From an uncultured Candidatus Babeliaceae bacterium (GTDB taxonomy: Bacteria; Babelota; Babeliae; Babelales; Babelaceae), in contig OY969927.1 of the NCBI GenBank assembly GCA_963704655.1, positions 960,001-1,024,000 of the forward strand: a stretch of 64,000 bases of DNA, given 5' to 3'. The notes beneath the pieces were generated by a model, which was given only the letters and a program-made list of their open reading frames with translations, searched no databases and was not told where the DNA came from. Position numbers and translations under genes: made by a program. Shown here in pieces: positions 59,892-64,000 of this stretch; positions within the stretch are counted from its first letter, which is position 1; every line of letters starts with the position of its first letter.

Positions 59892-60326
59892 TTAAGCGTA
59901 AATAATGCCTATTGAAGATTTTTCAAAGTTAGCAAGTAGTCTAAAAACAACACCTCCTGGTGTTACGCGGACTAATAAACCAGCTGAATGTGCGATGTCC
60001 ATATTTTTTAATACAACAGAACAAGTACGGGTGTACGTATTTTCACATACAAGGTTTACACCCTGGCGCCAAAAATATACACGATTAACTTGATTGCCAA
60101 CAGAAGGCACTGGACATGCATAATCTGAAACGCTAGGGACAGCTAAACGTAATGGCTGTCTTTTTTGCCCAGCTGGTACCTTTAATGAGTAATTGCCACA
60201 TTCTAACGTAATATCTTCACCAGTTTCATTAACCACTAAAGCAACAGAAAGATCTGCCCTTAAGGTGATTGCTGGCAAAAAGGTTATAGCACCTGCTATA
60301 AGCACTGAATTAATCATTTTTTTCAT
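59892..60326 (-). CDS. Hypothetical small secreted beta-rich protein
   Basis: Signal peptide and VVNET motif. Confidence 0.6.
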   Translation of the reverse strand: MKKMINSVLIAGAITFLPAITLRADLSVALVVNETGEDITLECGNYSLKVPAGQKRQPLRLAVPSVSDYACPVPSVGNQVNRVYFWRQGVNLVCENTYTRTCSVVLKNMDIAHSAGLLVRVTPGGVVFRLLANFEKSSIGIIYA

Positions 60327-60415
60327 AATATCCAACCTATAAAATAGCTATTTGTGTTTATATATACTCTATAAGTTTAACATTTTATTATTTATTTGCA
60401 ATAATTAAAGCAAAA

Positions 60416-60796
60416 TTAACGAAGCTCAGCGGATCCAGCCCCTGATAAATTCTTTTTCACAATATCCAACCTGCCTGTGTTAATTTGTAGCTCTTTATCG
60501 GCAAAAGCAGAAACTTTTAATGAATCGTGGCTAAAAGGTGATTCCCTGTCAAAATCAACAAGGCCCGGGTATTCTATAGAAATATCCCATATTGCGCCAG
60601 GAACACCCAATATCATTATTGCGTCGCCATGTTCAACGGGGACATTATAGCGCCCGCCAGGTAAGATGGAAAAAATATTTTGGCCCCGCATATATTCAAC
60701 CAAACGGCCAGAATTGTTATGAATCGTAAGTTCGGAAGCTTGAACAGAAGTGATTAATAAACCAATTAAACATAGATTTTTTTTAAAAATGTCCAT
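60416..60796 (-). CDS. Hypothetical small secreted beta-rich protein
   Basis: Signal peptide and IHNNSG motif. Confidence 0.6.
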   Translation of the reverse strand: MDIFKKNLCLIGLLITSVQASELTIHNNSGRLVEYMRGQNIFSILPGGRYNVPVEHGDAIMILGVPGAIWDISIEYPGLVDFDRESPFSHDSLKVSAFADKELQINTGRLDIVKKNLSGAGSAELR

Positions 60797-60846
60797 AATA
60801 AACTTTCAATATTTTTTTATATATTCGATCAACAAAGTTTATTATC

Positions 60847-61452
60847 TCATTTTTTTGCTAAAACTTGAAGCGCTTTACGCAATAATTGATCAAAAGACAT
60901 CTTAGAAACACCTTCTGCCCCGCGCAATTGGTCAACTGCAAGCAATATTTCCTGGCGGGAATATCCCAAAGAGGTTAATGCATCGGTTAAATCGCGTATA
61001 TGGGTGCTCAAAGAACCTACAGACTGGCCATCTGAAGAGCCTGTATAAAGATCGATTTTTTGAACTTTGTCCTTTAGGCTCAGAATAAGCAATTCTGCCT
61101 TTTTGCGACCAATACCACTAACAGAGCTTAATAAGGCGATATTGCCAGAAACAAGAGCCTCAGCCAAAGCAGTAACCGAAAAAGCAGAAAGTAATGCTAG
61201 TGCCATTCGTGGACCAATGCCAGAAACACTAATAAGTTGAACAAAAAGATCCCGCTGGTTAACTTCAAGAAAACCGAATAATGACGGCCCATTCTCCTGA
61301 CTCCAGTGAAAATAGGTATATAATTGCAGCTCAGAGCCAGCAATAGCCACAATATTTTCTGGAACATATACCTGAAAGCCAAAACCTGCGATTTGAAGCA
61401 CTAGAATGTCATTTTTTTGTGACTGGACCATCCCCTTAAGATAACTAATCAT
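60847..61452 (-). CDS. ruvA: Holliday junction branch migration protein RuvA
   Basis: MISYLKG, LFGF, LISVSGIGPRMAL, GIGRKKAE and ALTSLGYS. Confidence 0.97.
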   Translation of the reverse strand: MISYLKGMVQSQKNDILVLQIAGFGFQVYVPENIVAIAGSELQLYTYFHWSQENGPSLFGFLEVNQRDLFVQLISVSGIGPRMALALLSAFSVTALAEALVSGNIALLSSVSGIGRKKAELLILSLKDKVQKIDLYTGSSDGQSVGSLSTHIRDLTDALTSLGYSRQEILLAVDQLRGAEGVSKMSFDQLLRKALQVLAKK

Positions 61453-61554
61453 AAATAACCCTCTGTTTCTTTACTAAAATAAAATCTTTATTGACAAATA
61501 TAGAGCATATGATACCTTTCTAACTATGCAAGTAGCTGCAAAAAACAGCAACAT

Positions 61555-61630
61555 GCGGGAATAGCTCAGCTGGTAGAGCGTTGCCTTGCCAAGGCAAAGG
61601 TCGCGGGTTCGAATCCCGTTTCCCGCTCCA
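61555..61630 (+). tRNA. tRNA-Gly(GCC)
   Basis: 76-nt cloverleaf GCGGGAA...TTCCCGCTCCA; anticodon arm TTGCC-TTGCCAA-GGCAA; GGTTCGAATC T-loop. Confidence 0.97.
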
Positions 61631-61720
61631 TATAATTCTTTATATTTGTATATCACAGTGTTAACCTTCTACTATCTCTCTATTATTACCTATCGGTAAC
61701 TATTTTTAAAAGGCACAAGT

Positions 61721-62395
61721 ATGAAATCAATAATTCAAGAAGCATCGTCCATAGCAAAAGCAGTCGAAGAAGGCTGGATAAAAGCTCAAAAACCACAGCA
61801 ATTTTCAGTAAAAATACTTGAAGAAGCTGAAAAGAATTTTCTTGGTCTTACAAGAAAATCTGCTAAAGTAGCTATCTTTTTTGACGAACCACAAGTCGCT
61901 AAACCATCTGAGCACAGAGGCGGTCAACAAACATATAAACAGCCGCAAAACACTCAACAACGCCAACAGCAACAGGCTCAGCAACCTCGCCCTGCTTATG
62001 AAAAACAGCAAGCTGCGCAACAGCGTCCTGCTCAACAGCAAGCACCAAGACCGCAATCACAACAGCAATATTCTCAGGCAGCAGAAAGTACTGTTCAAGC
62101 GCCTACGCAGCCTAAAAAGCAATTTGAACCACTTTGGAACCAGGGAATGGTTGACCGCACACAACAGTGGATGCAAGAAGCTTTTAAAAATTCAAATAAC
62201 GAGCATATTCAATTCACCGTTGAACCTCAAAAGTTTCATTTACGCATTACTCTTTCAGCACCGATTTTACCTGACCCAGACAAAGAAAAACAACTTCTTG
62301 CTAGTTTTTCTGCACTTATTTTAGAAACGCTGAAACGCAGCTTTAAAATGTCGCTTCGTGGGCACAAAATTGTACTTACTCATAAAAAGCAATAA
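61721..62395 (+). CDS. jag: Jag/KhpB-like protein (Jag_N domain, Gln-rich linker, KH-like remnant, no R3H seen)
   Basis: MKSIIQEASSIAKAVEEG...ILEEAEKNFLGL Jag_N pattern, in the usual position upstream of mnmE. Confidence 0.7.
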   Translation: MKSIIQEASSIAKAVEEGWIKAQKPQQFSVKILEEAEKNFLGLTRKSAKVAIFFDEPQVAKPSEHRGGQQTYKQPQNTQQRQQQQAQQPRPAYEKQQAAQQRPAQQQAPRPQSQQQYSQAAESTVQAPTQPKKQFEPLWNQGMVDRTQQWMQEAFKNSNNEHIQFTVEPQKFHLRITLSAPILPDPDKEKQLLASFSALILETLKRSFKMSLRGHKIVLTHKKQ

Positions 62396-62398
62396 TGC

Positions 62399-62474
62399 TG
62401 GTTCGATACACCGTGCACCTGAGTGTTCACCCCTAGGTGAATATATCGAAGGGCACGGCACTCACCATGCACGG
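62399..62474. repeat. Nested family-A palindromic repeats
   Basis: tggttcgatac[ccgtgcacctgagtg...tatcgaagggcacgg]actcaccatgcacgg; an internally deleted inverse copy lies at 56089-56111. Confidence 0.75.
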
Positions 62475-62502
62475 GATTATTACTGTATAAATCAATTATT
62501 CT

Positions 62503-63972
62503 ATGGCAGAAACCTTCTTACGTACATTTTCTGATACTATTGTTGCGCTCTGCACACCGCAGGGAAATGGCGCTCTAGCGCTTATTCGCATCAGCGGCCC
62601 AGCATCATGGCAAATAGGTAATAAGCTTATTAGATTAAAATCACACAAAGAGTTACTCTCAGTACCTTCACATACCGTGCATGCAGCAGATATTTATGAC
62701 GGCTCAACTCATATTGATGCTGTTATGGTGCTCGCATTACGCGGACCAAAAACTTTTACGGGTTATGATACGCTGGAAATTACCTGCCACAATAACCCAT
62801 TTATTATTCAATCGATTATCGAACTATGTATTAAACATGGTGCTCGCCCAGCACAACAAGGTGAATTTACACGCCAGGCTTATGAAAATAAAAAGATAGA
62901 TCTTTTACAAGCAGAAGCAATCAACGAACTTATAACTGCGCAAACGCAGGCTGCTTTAAAAAAATCACTCTCGCAACTTGAAGGCAGCTTAAGCGGCCAT
63001 GTTGCTACCATTGAAGATATGTTATGCAAATCAATCGCCTGGTGCGAATCAAGCTTTGAATTTCTGGATGACACAGGCGATTTTTTTAAAGAAATTGCTC
63101 AATTCCTACATACAATTATTGAAACTATACAACCGATTATTTCTGGCTATGCTGCACAAAAACAGATTCGCCAGGGATATCGAGTAGCTTTAATCGGTTC
63201 TGTTAACGCGGGTAAATCATCACTTTTCAATCTTTTAATTGGCCAAAAACGCGCTATTGTTACCCCTATTGCTGGAACTACGCGGGACAGCATTGAAAGC
63301 ACTTGTATTTTGGGCGATATAACAATCACGTTTATCGATACGGCAGGTTTACGGACAACTGCTGATGTTATTGAGCAAGAGGGTATTGAGCGCTCTTATA
63401 GCGAAGCCCATGCAGCAGACGTGATACTTTTGGTTATTGATGGCAGCAGGCAGGTTACTGAACAAGAAGATATTATTTATGCAGATCTACTTGAAAAATA
63501 CCCTCAAAAAAATATTTTTATTCAAAATAAATCAGATTTGCCAATTTCGACATGCTTCGATACATCAGCCTCTTCGAGACTGCCACTCAGCACGCACGGT
63601 AGTGGGCCGCTCGTGGTGAGCAAAGTCGAATCCATAGCGGCTAAACTGCAAGCAATACTCAAAGTTTCGTCATTTTCTGAAGAATCTAAAAAATTACTAG
63701 AAACAGAGATCGTAAAGAAAATCTCTGCGCTTTCCCAGCACCATGAGCTGCCATTTTTAATAAATAAGCGCCATTATGAACTTTTACAGGCTGTTTACCA
63801 AGATGCAAGAGCCATAATCGCCATGCTTGAAAATACAGGGACCACACCGCATTACGAGCTTATTTCACATCATTTAAAACAAGCACTGGAACACATGAGC
63901 GAATTGACCGGTAAAACGGTTAGCGAACAAGCTCTTGATCGTGTCTTTAAAGAATTCTGCGTCGGCAAGTAA
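62503..63972 (+). CDS. mnmE: tRNA modification GTPase MnmE (TrmE) with an in-frame repeat insertion
   Basis: DTIVALCTP, GEFTRQA, GSVNAGKSS, GTTRD, DTAGLR, NKSD and C-terminal FCVGK. Confidence 0.98.
   Translation: MAETFLRTFSDTIVALCTPQGNGALALIRISGPASWQIGNKLIRLKSHKELLSVPSHTVHAADIYDGSTHIDAVMVLALRGPKTFTGYDTLEITCHNNPFIIQSIIELCIKHGARPAQQGEFTRQAYENKKIDLLQAEAINELITAQTQAALKKSLSQLEGSLSGHVATIEDMLCKSIAWCESSFEFLDDTGDFFKEIAQFLHTIIETIQPIISGYAAQKQIRQGYRVALIGSVNAGKSSLFNLLIGQKRAIVTPIAGTTRDSIESTCILGDITITFIDTAGLRTTADVIEQEGIERSYSEAHAADVILLVIDGSRQVTEQEDIIYADLLEKYPQKNIFIQNKSDLPISTCFDTSASSRLPLSTHGSGPLVVSKVESIAAKLQAILKVSSFSEESKKLLETEIVKKISALSQHHELPFLINKRHYELLQAVYQDARAIIAMLENTGTTPHYELISHHLKQALEHMSELTGKTVSEQALDRVFKEFCVGK
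63553..63640. repeat. Family-A palindromic repeat pair inserted in-frame in mnmE
   Basis: tgcttcgatac...actcagcacgcacgg plus ccgctcgtggtgagcaaagtcgaatcca, which matches 30186-30213. Confidence 0.85.
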
Positions 63973-64000
63973 TTCGGTGACACCTAAATAGGTGAGGTTA

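Noticed and set aside
61474-61656. 60-aa minus-strand ORF
   Set aside because: Antisense to tRNA-Gly.

Overview
A 64-kb, AT-rich, gene-dense bacterial chromosome segment. Housekeeping genes (alaS, pth, smpB+tmRNA, tsaD, rho, secF, rpmA, thyX, tkt, ndk, rpsA, deaD, polA, selU, priA, orn, ddl, ruvA, tRNA-Gly, jag, mnmE) alternate with many short signal-peptide ORFans, WD40 proteins and tandem paralog clusters. This pattern suggests a protist-infecting intracellular bacterium, plausibly Dependentiae/TM6 (inference only; no marker gene was placed phylogenetically). The most notable observations are: (1) a translationally coupled three-gene operon of two pentameric ligand-gated ion channel (GLIC/ELIC-like) paralogs flanking a secreted pseudo-phosphatase/periplasmic-binding-protein fusion; (2) a tmRNA locus where the intact gene is flanked by duplicated 5' and 3' ends, each interrupted by a small hairpin element; (3) small palindromic repeats scattered through the window, nested in each other and inserted in-frame in mnmE; (4) candidate host-manipulating effectors, including a WH2-central-acidic (WCA)-like protein and an NLS-bearing protein whose repressor-motif-like tail sits behind an A_AAA_AAG -1 frameshift site; (5) a tandem cassette of stalk proteins with swapped heads. 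No CRISPR array, rRNA, integrase or transposase was seen. All calls are from reading motifs by eye; no searches were run.
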